The notes under the pieces: generated by a model
Told to the model about the DNA's origin: nothing
What the model saw: only the letters and a program-made list of their open reading frames with translations
Databases searched by the model: none
Shown here: positions 19,145-30,239 of the stretch, in pieces
Layout of the letters: the number at the start of each line of letters is the position of its first letter
How positions within the stretch are numbered: the first letter of the stretch is position 1
DNA from: an uncultured Chloroflexia bacterium
GTDB lineage: Bacteria > Chloroflexota > Anaerolineae > CG2-30-64-16
Assembly (NCBI GenBank): GCA_963774265.1
Contig: CAVZDU010000007.1
Location: 192,001-256,000, forward strand
DNA: 64,000 nucleotides
Direction: 5' to 3'
Made by a program: the position numbers and the translations under genes

Positions 19145-21502
19145 GTGAACCCTAGGCGTGTGTCGGTGTTGGTTGCCTTGACGCTAGCGATGGTGTTGGG
19201 CGCGTGCTCGGCGCAGGAGAGAGAAACCAGTTTGCCCCGCATCCTCGTGCCCACTGAGACGGCGGTCCCAGGGACACCGAGCCCCGCGAGCCGCACGAGT
19301 CCCGAGCCGGGTGTGCTGCCTGGGCCGTCCGATTCGCCCATACCGCAGCCTTCGCCGAATGCATCATCTGCGTTGCGGCTCACGCTGCTGGCGCCAACCG
19401 CATCCGCAACCGGCACAACGCCTGCCCTTTCATCTACGGCCTCACCGCCACAGGTCACACTCTCCCCGTTCGCATCTGTCACGATATCTGTCGCCGGGAA
19501 CGCCGCGGCGGTGCAGACCCAGGCAACCCTGAGTTTGCCGCTGCTGGTTGATAGCCAGCACGGGCGTCTTTATGCGCTGGCTCAGATCGGCCCTGACGGT
19601 CCACGACACATCGCGGTCTTTGCGGCGCGCGATGGCCGTTCCTTGGCGACATACGACAACGGTGGACCGTTTGCGCTGGATGCTGCGGCCGACCGGCTCT
19701 TTGTGGATCGCGGCGCGGCCGGGCTGACCGTGCTCCAGGCCTCGACCGGCGAAATCCTGCGCACCTTTGACGTCCATGGTCCCACAGCGCAGTATGGCGA
19801 CAACCCCGCGCCGCATTTCGATGTCGCCACGAACCAGGTGCTGGCATTCCGGGGCCAAACGCTTTACGCCATCGACAGTGAGACGGGCGAGGTGGCCCGC
19901 ACGGTCGACTTTGACTTGCGCCCCCAGGACAACTGCCGTGAGCCCCATGATGCCCGGCTTCCGGTCATGCGTTCATTCTACGACCCGATCCACCGACTCC
20001 TCTACCTGGATTTCGTGACCTATTCCTGCATCCCCTGGATTGGCCTCACCAATGTTTCGTATGACATGGCTCGAGGGGTCGAAATCGCGCGCCAGGGCAG
20101 CAGTTCTTATTCGGGCCTGGCCGCGGGCGGACGTTTCTACGCAATGAGTTGGTATCGGTTCGGCATCGGCACGATCTGGACGGAGCGAGATGGGCTTCCC
20201 GGGCAGGGCAGCACCGGTTGGAGCAGCGGCTCGGCATTCCAACTCGACGCCGGTCGGGGAAAACTGTATCAAAGCGCCGAAGGCAGCCTTCGCATCTTTG
20301 ATGCTGATAATATGACCCTTCGAGCCGTGGCGCCGCAGCCTGTCGCGGGCGAGCTGGCCGCCTACGATGAGACGACGGATCAGCTGTATTTTGTGCATGG
20401 CGGGGCCGTAAGGACCTGGCCGGCCAGTGACCTCCAATCGACGACGGCTACACCCATGCTTGCGGCAACTCCGCCAGGCGAACCTGTGCGCCTGTTGGTT
20501 CCATCGCCGGGATGGAGCCAGGACAACACCCTGTTCGCCGTCTGGGCGCCGGCATGGCCTGAGACAACGTGCTATGTCTTCAATCAGTCCGGCGGCGTGC
20601 TATTGCTGAGCAAGGACAGGGGCCTGCGCTGGCAAAGCAGCCAGACGGGGCTGCCCGGTGTGTGCGGGCAGACTTCCGCGCTGGCCCTCTCACCGGCTTA
20701 TGCGCAGGACCAGACGATCCTGGCGGCGGTCAAGGGCAACGGCGTTTTCAGATCGACTGACGGCGGCGAACACTGGCAGCCGGCAGGGGCAGGGCTTCCC
20801 CACATGGGGGTGCGCGACCTGGCTTTCTCGCCCGGCTTCGCGGCTGATCGCACGGCCTTTGCAATTGTGCCGGAGAACGGTCTGCAGCGGAGCACCGACG
20901 CAGGTGTTTCGTGGCGGACCTTGAATACGCCTTCAGCTTTGCTAATGGCACTCTCATCTGAGTTCGATCGTGATGGCACAGTGGCGATCTATGCCGCCAG
21001 GGACGCGGCCGGCATGGTGCAGTTCTCAGAGGATCGTGGCGACCACTGGCGCGACGCGACGGGTCCCGTTCCCGGGGAGGGGGGGCTGCGTTTGTTGAGC
21101 CTGGCGCCAGCCTTTGCCCGCTGGCGGGTGATGTTCGCACTGGATAGCGCCGGCGATCTTTATCGCAGCGCGGACAGCGGCGGTTCGTGGCAGCCGGTGC
21201 TCGAGACCGGCGGCGCCCAAGCCGAGCGGGCCATGATTGTCTACGGTCCGGACGAGGCGCAGCGCACTGTCTTCCTGCTTGTAACCGGCACACGGTACGA
21301 GGGAGAGAGTCGGCGTGCCTTGGGTGACCTGTTCCGCTCGACCGATGGCGGGCAAAGCTGGTCTGCGATCGATTTCGGTGCGGGTCTCATACCGGCGGCC
21401 CTCGCAATTTCGCCGTCTTTCGCGGAGGATGGTCTGATCTTGCTTGGTGCGGCCGATGGCCGCGTGTTGAACGTTCGAGGGTTGGATCTGCCGGCCCGAT
21501 GA
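19145..21502 (+). CDS. Lipoprotein with beta-propeller and BNR/Asp-box repeats
   Basis: Lipobox LGAC, Pro/Ser/Thr linker, repeated Asp-boxes (SKDRGLRW, STDGGEHW, STDAGVSW, SEDRGDHW, SADSGGSW, STDGGQSW). Confidence 0.8.
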   Translation: MNPRRVSVLVALTLAMVLGACSAQERETSLPRILVPTETAVPGTPSPASRTSPEPGVLPGPSDSPIPQPSPNASSALRLTLLAPTASATGTTPALSSTASPPQVTLSPFASVTISVAGNAAAVQTQATLSLPLLVDSQHGRLYALAQIGPDGPRHIAVFAARDGRSLATYDNGGPFALDAAADRLFVDRGAAGLTVLQASTGEILRTFDVHGPTAQYGDNPAPHFDVATNQVLAFRGQTLYAIDSETGEVARTVDFDLRPQDNCREPHDARLPVMRSFYDPIHRLLYLDFVTYSCIPWIGLTNVSYDMARGVEIARQGSSSYSGLAAGGRFYAMSWYRFGIGTIWTERDGLPGQGSTGWSSGSAFQLDAGRGKLYQSAEGSLRIFDADNMTLRAVAPQPVAGELAAYDETTDQLYFVHGGAVRTWPASDLQSTTATPMLAATPPGEPVRLLVPSPGWSQDNTLFAVWAPAWPETTCYVFNQSGGVLLLSKDRGLRWQSSQTGLPGVCGQTSALALSPAYAQDQTILAAVKGNGVFRSTDGGEHWQPAGAGLPHMGVRDLAFSPGFAADRTAFAIVPENGLQRSTDAGVSWRTLNTPSALLMALSSEFDRDGTVAIYAARDAAGMVQFSEDRGDHWRDATGPVPGEGGLRLLSLAPAFARWRVMFALDSAGDLYRSADSGGSWQPVLETGGAQAERAMIVYGPDEAQRTVFLLVTGTRYEGESRRALGDLFRSTDGGQSWSAIDFGAGLIPAALAISPSFAEDGLILLGAADGRVLNVRGLDLPAR

Positions 21503-21618
21503 TGCTGTTGCTTCAAGGCAGCAGAACCACCAGGTCGCGTCGGCCCCCGTACCAAGAGCGCATCGCGAAAAAGCTAGCCGAGCGTGGGATTTTGGTGATT
21601 CGCTTGTTTGTGCCTTTG

Positions 21619-21676
21619 TTGACAGGCCAGGAAGTGTTTGTGTATAATCACTGTGAGCGGTGCCGTGAGCGATCAT
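21619..21676 (+). promoter_or_regulatory. Consensus sigma70 promoter with LacI-type operator(s)
   Basis: TTGACA (21619-24), N18, TATAAT (21643-48), followed by TGTGAGCGG and GTGAGCGATCAT. Confidence 0.75.
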
Positions 21677-21716
21677 GGCGCCCCCAGCACCCTCCTATCC
21701 GTCGCGAGGCACAAGG

Positions 21717-22715
21717 ATGTCGTTTCGCCCCACCATTGCTGATGTTGCGCGTGAAGCCGGGGTTTCCCGCCAAACGGTTTCTCGCGCGCTCAACAACAAG
21801 GGAGAAATCAGCAGCGACACCCTCCATCGCGTCCGCGAGGTCATTGAACGGCTTGATTATCGTCCCAGCAGCATTGCGCGCGGCCTGGCCACCCACCGCA
21901 CCCTGACCATCGGCCTGGTCGTCCCGGATATCGCCAATCCGTTCTTTGCTGATATAGGTCGTGGGGCGGATGATGCTGCCCACGCGGCCGGCTACAGCCT
22001 TCTGCTCTGCAATACTGTTGAAGACCCGGGCCGTGAAGCAGCTCTCTTGCGCTTGCTCGAGCAGCGCGACGTCGATGGCGTCGTGCTGTGCAGCTCGCGG
22101 CTGCCTGAAGACGAGCTTGCCGACCTGGTGAACCATCATGCCGCCGCCGTCTTGGTCAATCGCATCTTGCCCGGTCATAGCTCGGTCTGCGTCGATGATT
22201 CCTGGGGCGCGGGTGTCATGGTGCGCCATCTCCTGGCTGGCGGCCGCCGCACGATCGGCTGCCTGGCTGGCCCATCGATTTCCTATAGCGGCCGGGAGAG
22301 GGCGCGCGGATACGCTGAGGCGATGACTGCCGCAGGCCGCGATTCGGCCCCTGCGCTGACCGTCCGTTGCCCCAGTCTCGACCTGGAGGGCGGACGCCGC
22401 GCCGCACTGTCGTTGCTATTCGAGCGGCCCAATGTGGACGCGATTGTCTGTCATAACGACCTGGTCGCGTTGGGCGCACTTCGCGCTTGCGCCGAGCTGG
22501 GCCGTCGTGTGCCGCAGGATGTGGCGGTCGCGGGTGCGGACGATATCATGCTAGCCGCCCTCGTCACGCCATCGTTGACCACCTTGCGAATCGACCGATT
22601 GGCACTCGGCGCAATAGCATCACAAATGTTGCTCAATCAGCTTGGCGGGACTTTGGACGGCTGCATCAACCAACTTTTGCGGCCGGAGTTGGTTGTGCGC
22701 GAAAGCGCACCCTGA
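21717..22715 (+). CDS. LacI family transcriptional regulator
   Basis: TIADVAREAGVSRQTVSRALN HTH; IANPFF; HNDLVALG. Confidence 0.93.
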   Translation: MSFRPTIADVAREAGVSRQTVSRALNNKGEISSDTLHRVREVIERLDYRPSSIARGLATHRTLTIGLVVPDIANPFFADIGRGADDAAHAAGYSLLLCNTVEDPGREAALLRLLEQRDVDGVVLCSSRLPEDELADLVNHHAAAVLVNRILPGHSSVCVDDSWGAGVMVRHLLAGGRRTIGCLAGPSISYSGRERARGYAEAMTAAGRDSAPALTVRCPSLDLEGGRRAALSLLFERPNVDAIVCHNDLVALGALRACAELGRRVPQDVAVAGADDIMLAALVTPSLTTLRIDRLALGAIASQMLLNQLGGTLDGCINQLLRPELVVRESAP

Positions 22716-22752
22716 CAACTGCCGGTTGAGCATTCGGTTATCGGAGCACCAC

Positions 22753-23583
22753 ATGAATTTACTGATCAAAGGCGCTGGGTTCCAGGAGGGATACTGCATG
22801 ATTGCAGGACCTGCGAACGGCTACCTGCGGATGCTGGAATTCGGTCGCCTTGGCGTAGTTCGGGGCAGTCTATACGAGGGCGACACCGGCGACCAGGAAG
22901 CGGTCTTCGACGTTATCTCCGGCGCATGTAAGGTCGAAATTGCAGGCGGTGAGACTTTCGACACGGTGGGTGGGCGACGCGATCCGTTCTCCACCGGTCC
23001 GACCCTGATCTGCCTGCCGCCCCGCACAACTTACCGCTTTACCCCGCTCACCGCCACTATTGACATGGCGGTCTCGTTGACGCCGGCCGACCCTGGATTG
23101 CCGGCGGCGATCCTCGGCCCCAACGACATACCCGAACAGCGGGCCGGCGCGGCCAACTGGTCGCGCACCATCCGACCCGGCACGAGTGTGGCGCCAACAA
23201 CACGGCGTTTGATGATGGCCGAGACCCTGGTGGGGGCCGGCAATTGGACATCGTATCCGCCACACAAGCATGATGCTGAGAATCCGCCGAACGAATCAAT
23301 CTATGAAGAGGTCTATTTCTACCTCTTCAAGCCGGCGGGCGGCTACGGCTTCCAGCGCGTCTACGAGCCGGGCGACGATCCGGGACGGCTCAACGAAGTG
23401 TATGTCGTGGAAGACGGCGATGCCGTGGCTATCCCGAGGGGTTATCATCCGCTCGTGGCCGCGGCCGGCTATCAGTTATGCTATATCTGGGCGCTGTGCG
23501 GCGTGAACCGCACCTATGGCGCCTGGAGTGATGATCCGGCCCACGTGTGGATTCGCGGCGCCGAGGCGATCATCAACAGATAA
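22753..23583 (+). CDS. iolB: 5-deoxy-glucuronate isomerase (IolB/KduI family)
   Basis: GNWTSYPPHKHD, EEVYFY, GYGFQRVY, PRGYHP motifs. Confidence 0.85.
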   Translation: MNLLIKGAGFQEGYCMIAGPANGYLRMLEFGRLGVVRGSLYEGDTGDQEAVFDVISGACKVEIAGGETFDTVGGRRDPFSTGPTLICLPPRTTYRFTPLTATIDMAVSLTPADPGLPAAILGPNDIPEQRAGAANWSRTIRPGTSVAPTTRRLMMAETLVGAGNWTSYPPHKHDAENPPNESIYEEVYFYLFKPAGGYGFQRVYEPGDDPGRLNEVYVVEDGDAVAIPRGYHPLVAAAGYQLCYIWALCGVNRTYGAWSDDPAHVWIRGAEAIINR

Positions 23584-23682
23584 CCAGCCAGACGGTGGAA
23601 CGTGGATCTGGTCGGACGATGAGTAGGTCGGCCAGGTTGCACGAAACTCATTTCGTGGATAACATCTCGGGAGGGAGTTCGG

Positions 23683-24576
23683 ATGAAGATCGTCTGCGCC
23701 TGGATGTACGCTATCGGGAAATACGGCTTTCCGCCAAAACCAGCGGATATGTTTCAGGCGATCTCCGAGATGGGGGCGCTCGGTTTCGAGTACGTGGAAC
23801 TGGAGGGCGTCGGCTTCGAGAATCTGGCCGCGATCGTTGATAACCGCGAGCAGTTCAGGGAAGCGTTGCGGCAGGCGGGCGTCAAACTCTCGAACTTCGC
23901 CATCATCCTGCCCGAAGTCGTTAGCGAAGCCCCCGCAATCTCCGGTCCGGCCCTTGCGGCGTTTGCCGAGGGCGTCCGTACCGCCGCGTACCTGGGATCG
24001 CCCAACGTCTGGGTGGACAGCTATTTCCCGCCGGTCGAAGTCGTTAGCGGCACGCTGATGACCGACGCGATCGTCTTCGGCCAGCAGACGCGCATCCGCA
24101 TTCCGCCGGGATTCAACTGGCCGCGGTTCTGGGAACATTACGTAGGGGTCATGAAGCAGTGCACGCGCATCGCCCGTGAGAACGGCGTGAAGCTCCTGGT
24201 GGAACCGCGCGTGGGCGAGCTGACCTCGAACAGTGAAGCGCTGATGCGCTTACTGGATGCGGTCGACGACGACAATCTCGGCGTGATCCTGGATACCGCA
24301 CACCAGCACGCGCAGAAGGAAATGCTTCCCCTCAGCGTCGAAAAGCTAGGGAAGCGCATCCGCTATGTGCATGTTGCGGACAACGACGGGCTCGTGAACC
24401 GTCACTTCCCGCCAGGCCAGGGCAACATCGACTGGGACGAGACCTTCCTTGCACTCAAGCGCCAGGGATTTGATGGTTTCTACGCCATCGATCTCGAGCG
24501 ACTTCCCGACCTCGAGCAGCGCTTCCTGGATGTCAAACGCTTCCTGGAAGAGCGGGCCAAGGAGTTGGGATTGTAG
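23683..24576 (+). CDS. Sugar phosphate isomerase/epimerase (AP endonuclease 2 TIM barrel)
   Basis: LVEP, LDTAH, YVHVADN, GQGNIDW motifs. Confidence 0.85.
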   Translation: MKIVCAWMYAIGKYGFPPKPADMFQAISEMGALGFEYVELEGVGFENLAAIVDNREQFREALRQAGVKLSNFAIILPEVVSEAPAISGPALAAFAEGVRTAAYLGSPNVWVDSYFPPVEVVSGTLMTDAIVFGQQTRIRIPPGFNWPRFWEHYVGVMKQCTRIARENGVKLLVEPRVGELTSNSEALMRLLDAVDDDNLGVILDTAHQHAQKEMLPLSVEKLGKRIRYVHVADNDGLVNRHFPPGQGNIDWDETFLALKRQGFDGFYAIDLERLPDLEQRFLDVKRFLEERAKELGL

Positions 24577-24734
24577 GGAGGAGCTTACGCACCGAAACAG
24601 TGCGGTCAGCGCGCCGTCGAGGGAAAAAACCATGACGGCGACCGAAAGGAGGGGTTCTGCAACAACGAATAATCTGTCAACTGTTCACTGATGTTTTCGC
24701 TGCTCACCATAAATCACTTTCAGGGAGGAAAGGT

Positions 24735-26838
24735 ATGTCATCTCGTATTCGGCATAACAGCCTGCTTACAGTGCTGAGCATCCTGTTGATCCTGTCATTC
24801 GCACTCTCAGGGTGTTCCACTCCCGCGCCGGCCGCCCCCACCGCAGCCCCGGCACAGCCCACCGCGGTCCCGGCTGCACCCGAACCGACCAAGGCGCCCG
24901 AGCCCACCGCGGTCCCGGCTGCACCCGAACCGACCAAGGCTCCCGAACCGACCAAGGCTCCCGAACCCACTGCGGTCCCCGAGCCGACCAGCAAGTACAA
25001 AGAAGCGCCCATGCTGGCCGAATTGGTGAAGGCCGGCACGCTACCGCCCGTGGACGAGCGCCTGCCTGAGAATCCGTACGTCATCGAGGCCCCTGAAATC
25101 GGCCTGTATGGCGGCATCTGGCATCGCGGCTTCGTTGGCCCGTCCGACCGCAACGGACTGATCCGAATTGTCAACGACGGCCTGGTCCGGTTCTCAATTG
25201 ATGGGGCCAGCGTCGAGATGAAGTACGCGGAGAGCGTCACACCCGAACGACAAATTCACTGAATGGACCATCAAGCTGCGCAAGGGCAGCAGGTGGTCCG
25301 ACGGGGAGCCGTTCACCGCGGACGATATCATGTTCTGGTACAACGACGTGGTGCACAACAAGGAGCTGAAGCCGTCTATTCCGTCCTGGCTGCTGAATAA
25401 GGACGGCACCGAGGTCAAGGTCGAGAAGGTGGATGACCTGTCCGTGAGTTTTACTTTCGGTGCGCCGCAGACGCTGTTCCTGCAGGAAATCGCGCAGAAG
25501 GATGCCGGCGATAAGGAATACCCGATGTTCCTGCCCGCGCACTACCTGAAGCAGTTCCATGCGTCCTATGCGAGCAAGGCCGACCTGGATAAGGCGGTCG
25601 CGGATGCCGGTGTGAAGACCTGGGGCGAGCTGTTCTACCTGCGCCAGGACCAGTTCGATAACCCGGACCGCCCGGTGATGGCCGCGTGGGTGGCTACCAA
25701 TCGCTACAGCGAGCAGATCCTCATCATGAAGCGGAATCCCTACTACGTGGGAGTGGATACGGCGGGCAACCAGCTTCCGTACATGGACGAGATCCAGGTG
25801 AAGTTCTTCGCAGACAAAGCCGCTCTGAACCTGGCTGCCATCGCCGGCGAACTCGACGAGCAAGAGCGCCACATCGACCTGGCCAACTATCCGGTCCTCA
25901 AGGAAGAAGAGGCGAAGTCCGGCAAGTACAAGATCTACCTCTGGTCCAGCACAGGCGGCGAGGAAGCCGGCGTGGTCTTCAACCTGACCTACCAGGGGGA
26001 CAAGGAACTGACGGCCATGTGGACGCAGTTGGACTTCCGCAAGGCGGTCTCCTACGCCATCAACCGGCCAGAAATCCAGGAATCGATCTTCCTGGGCACG
26101 GGCGAGCCGCGCCAGGGCATCATCAAGAAGGGTAGTCCCTGGTATCCCGGCGACGAGTGGGCCTACAAGTACACCGAGTACAAGCCGGATGAGTCCAACA
26201 AACTGCTGGATGCGCTCGGCTACACTAAGCGAGACGCCGAAGGGTATCGCCTGCTGCCCAGCGGCAAGCGGGTCGGCTTCGAGCTCTCAGCGGTTCCCGC
26301 CCTGGGCGCTTATGTCCTCGTCGCCGAATTGGTGGTTGCGGACCTGAAGAAGGTCGGCATCTGGGTCGACCTCCAGGTCCGCGAGCGCGACCTGCACTTC
26401 CAGATGCGCCAGGCCAACGAGCTGCAGGCCGAGGTGTGGAACCAGGACTCGGCGGGCACCATGTTCAGCGGGTCGACCAAGTTCGACATCCGGCTGCCTC
26501 TCTACGGCAACCTGACCTACGGTCCGCTGTGGAAGAACTGGTACGACACGGGCGGCAAGGAAGGCGTGGAGCCGCCGGCGCCGTGGAAGCAGATCGTCGA
26601 GCTCCAGGACGAGGCCAAGACCGTTGGCGCGGACCGGCAGGCGGAGATCGCCCAGGAAATCTTCAAGATCTGGGTGGATAACCTGTACGACATCGGCACG
26701 GTCGGCCTGACGGCTATGGACCAGGGCGTCGCCGTGGTCAACGCCAAGCTACACAACGTACCCGAGAACCTGACCAAGGACTGGGCGCTGCGCACGCCTG
26801 GAAACGGCAAGCCCGAGGTCTGGTTCTTCGCTCAGTAA
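24735..26838 (+). CDS. ABC transporter substrate-binding lipoprotein (family 5), one frameshift near 25245
   Basis: Lipobox LSGC, EAPMLAELV..G.LPPVDERLP, WSDGEPFTADD, RNPYY, GNQLPY. Confidence 0.88.
24857..24990 (+). repeat. Coding tandem repeat (45-bp x2, then 18-bp units) encoding PTAVPAAPEPTKAPE linker
   Basis: GCCCACCGCGGTCCCGGCTGCACCCGAACCGACCAAGGCNCCCGA at 24857 and 24902. Confidence 0.85.
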
Positions 26839-26863
26839 GTATCACTCTACCTGAGTCGAGGCT

Positions 26864-26906
26864 CACCTGCACTGCGCCTGAATCAGCGGCAGGCGCAGTG
26901 CAGGTG
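26864..26906 (+). terminator. 17-bp perfect stem-loop after SBP gene (attenuator/stabiliser)
   Basis: CACCTGCACTGCGCCTG-N9-CAGGCGCAGTGCAGGTG, no U-tract. Confidence 0.7.
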
Positions 26907-27033
26907 CATGTGTTAGCCGGTCTCTCGCTAACCCCGGGCGCATCGGCCAAAGCCTCCAATGCAGCGACCATCCTACCCCTAGCCAAAGAAGTGCGGCGGC
27001 GGCTCGGGAGCCGCCTCTGCTCCAGGAGACCCT

Positions 27034-28029
27034 ATGCTCAGATACATCATCCAGCGCCTGCTCCTCCTGCCGTTCCTGGTGCTTCTTTTCTCGATCATCG
27101 TCTTCGGGCTCGTGCAGGCGCCGCCCGGCGACTTCCTCACCAGCTATATCGCGACGCTGGCCTCTTCAGGCTCATCCATGGACCAGGCCACAGGTCGACG
27201 CTCTCAAGGTGCAGTTTGGGGTCGACCAGCCATTCATGGTTCAATACGGCCGGTGGATAGGCGGTCTGTTACACGGCGATCTGGGTCGCTCACTGGAGTA
27301 CCAGCGCCAGAACTCGGAACTCATCGGTGACCGTTTGGTATTGACTATCGCTCTGGCGCTTTTCGCTTTCGTCATCACCTGGGCGATCGCCATCCCGGCG
27401 GGCATCTACTCGGCCACCCACCAGAATTCCTTCCTGGACTATGTGTTCACCGTCATCAACTATGTCGGCGTGGCTACGCCGAACTTCATGCTGGCGCTGG
27501 TGCTGATGTGGTTCGCATTCAGCAGCCTTGGCATCAGCATCACAGGGCTCTTCTCTCCCGCGTATGTCCAGGCGCCGTGGAGCTGGGCCCGCTTCGTCGA
27601 CCTGCTGAAACACATCTGGGTGCCCGCCATTGTGCTCGGCGTCGCGGGCACTGCCCGTCTGACCCGCGTGATGCCGCGCTAACCTGCTCGACGAGCTCAA
27701 CAAGCAATATGTCACCACCGCGCGCGCCAAGGGCCTCTCGGAATGGCGGCTCGTGATGAAGTATCCGGTGCGCCTGGCGTTCAACCCCCTGATCAGCACC
27801 GTCGGCTGGTACCTGCCCCAGCTCTTCTCGGGCAGCCTCATCGTCGCCACTGTTATGAACCTGCCTAATATCGGCCCGCTGCTGCTGCGGGCGCTTGCAG
27901 CAGCAGGATATGTACCTGGCCGGCAGCATCCTGCTGATTTACTGTCTGCTGACGATTATCGGCACGCTGATTTCGGATGTTCTCCTGGCGCTGGCCGATC
28001 CGCGCATCCGCATGGAGGGAGGCAACTGA
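27034..28029 (+). CDS. ABC permease (DppB/OppB-like), several frameshifts
   Basis: MLRYIIQRLL, PPGDF, GDLGRS, ATPNF, YVTTARAKGL, DPRIR across frames. Confidence 0.85.
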
Positions 28030-28030
28030 C

Positions 28031-29177
28031 ATGACTGAAGCTCTCCCCAATGCATCCACTGTCGAGATTGGCACCGAAATCCAAGGCCGAGGATCGCGTT
28101 TCGGTTGCCTCCAACTGGAAACTCGTGTGGTGGCGGTTCCGCAAGAATCGCCTGGCGGTTGCCAGCGCCGTCGTTCTCATCATCTTTTACATGATCGTGC
28201 TGGTCCCGGACTTCTTCGCCACCCAGGACCCAGAGGCCACCGCTGCCCGGTTGGCCTTCATCCCGCCGCAGCGGCCTGCACTGATCACGGATGGCCGGCT
28301 GGGGCTGTCGGTGCCGTCCGTCGTCGGCGTCCGGAACAAGGTGACGCTGCGGATGGAGTGGACCACCGATCCCGAGCGCCGGATCTCCCTCGCGCTCTTC
28401 ACGCGGGGATATCAGTACGATGTGCTGGGCCTTTTCGAGGCGGACCTGCACCTGGTGGGTACGGCGGACCCCAACGCCACAGAGGGTGTGTACCTGCTGG
28501 GCACGGATCGTCTCGGGCGCGACCAATGGTCTCGCCTGATGTTCGGCACGCGCACATCGATGACGGTCGGCCTGATAGCGGTGATTCTCAGTGTCATCTT
28601 GGGCGTGCTGCTGGGCGGCATGTCGGGCTACTTCGGCGGCATCGCCGACCTGGTCATCCAGCGCGTCATCGAAATCCTGCAGTCGCTGCCGACCATCCCC
28701 ATCTGGCTCGCCATGACGGCCGCGCTGCCGCGCGATTGGCCGCCGACGCGCGTCTTCTTCGCCATCACCATCATCCTGGCGTTGATCGGCTGGACGACCC
28801 TGGCGCGCGAAGTACGCGGTCGCTTCCTGTCGTTGCGCGAGGAGGATTTCGTGCTGGCCGCCGAGCTTTCCGGCGCCAGCCGCTTCCGCATCATCACGCG
28901 CCACATGGTTCCGGCGTTCATGAGCCACATCATCGCCACCAGCACGCTCGCCATCCCCGTGATGATCATCAACGAGACGTCGCTGAGCTTCCTCGGGTTG
29001 GGCATTCGCCCGCCGGCCATCAGTTGGGGCGTGCTGCTGCAGGAGGCCCAGAACATCCAGACGGTGGCGCAGGCGCCGTGGCTGCTGATGCCCGGCGTGG
29101 CCGTCATCATTGCCGTGTTGGCGTTCAACCTTGTCGGCGACGGTCTGCGTGACGCCGCCGATCCCTATAGCCATTGA
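28031..29177 (+). CDS. ABC permease (DppC/OppC-like), frameshift near 5' end
   Basis: WWRFRKNRLA, LGTDRLGRD, ETSLSFLGLG, FNLVGDGLRDAADP. Confidence 0.88.
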
Positions 29178-29184
29178 GTTGCAT

Positions 29185-30239
29185 ATGAACCAACATACCG
29201 AACCGCTGCTGTCAATTCGAGATCTCAAAGTCCACTTCTTCATGGATGAAGGGGTGGTCAAGGCGGTGGATGGGATTTCGCTCGACGTCCACCCGGGGCA
29301 GGTGTTCGGCATCGTCGGCGAGAGCGGGTGCGGCAAGAGCGTGACCATGAAGGCCCTGCTGCGCATCGTCGAGCCGCCGGGACGCATCGTCGAGCGGCGA
29401 GATGCTGCTGCGCCGAACCGGCAAGGGCGGTGCAACCGAGGTGGTCGACCTGGCGAAGCTGGACGCCAAGGGGCGGAGATGCGGGAGGTCCGCGGCGGGC
29501 AGATCGCGCTGATCCCGCAGGAGCCGATGGCCGCGTTCAGCCCGGTTCACACGGTCGGCAACCAGATCATCGAAGCGATCCGGCTGCACCGCGATGTCAA
29601 CGAGCGCGAGGCGCGCAAGATCGCGCTCCAGCAGTTCAAAGACGTCGGCATTCCCGCACCGGAGCAGCGGCTGGATGCAATACTCATGGCAGACTGAGCG
29701 GCGGGTTGCGCCAGCGAGCGATGATCGCGATGGCGCTCTCGTGCAATCCGCTCATCCTCATCGCGGACGAGCCGACCACGGCCGTCGACGTGACGACCCA
29801 GGCGCAGGTGCTGCGCCTGTTGCGCCGGCTCCAGGAGGAGCGCAACTCGGCCATCATCTTCATCACCCACGACCTCGGCGTCATCGCGCAGATGGCCGAC
29901 TACGTCACGGTGATGTACCTGGGCCTGGTGATGGAACAGGGCCCGGTGGACCAGATTTTCCACAACCCCAAGCATCCCTACACGCAGGCGCTGTTGGAGT
30001 CGATTCCCAGCATCCACACCACGCCACGCGTGGACCTGCCCACGATCAGCGGCTCGATCCCGCATCCGTTCAACCGCCCGGCCGGGTGTCCCTTCCATCC
30101 GCGCTGTACGAAATTCATGCCCGGCATCTGCGATCAGCAGACCCCGGCGCTGCTGCCGGTCGGCGAGAAGCAGCTGGTGAGCTGCTTCCTGTATCACGGG
30201 CAACCTCAAGGGGTTGCCAGGGTGGAAGTGACGGCATGA
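29185..30239 (+). CDS. ABC ATP-binding protein (DppD-like), frameshifted
   Basis: [25 protein letters not shown]-terminal GCPFHPRC. Confidence 0.88.

Noticed and set aside
24585-24665. c-di-GMP-type riboswitch (GAAA-containing hairpins)
   Set aside because: Small hairpins exist but the conserved consensus is not matched. An Rfam scan would settle it.
24857-24990. Repeats as a CRISPR array
   Set aside because: In-frame tandem coding repeats with no unique spacers, and no cas genes in the window.
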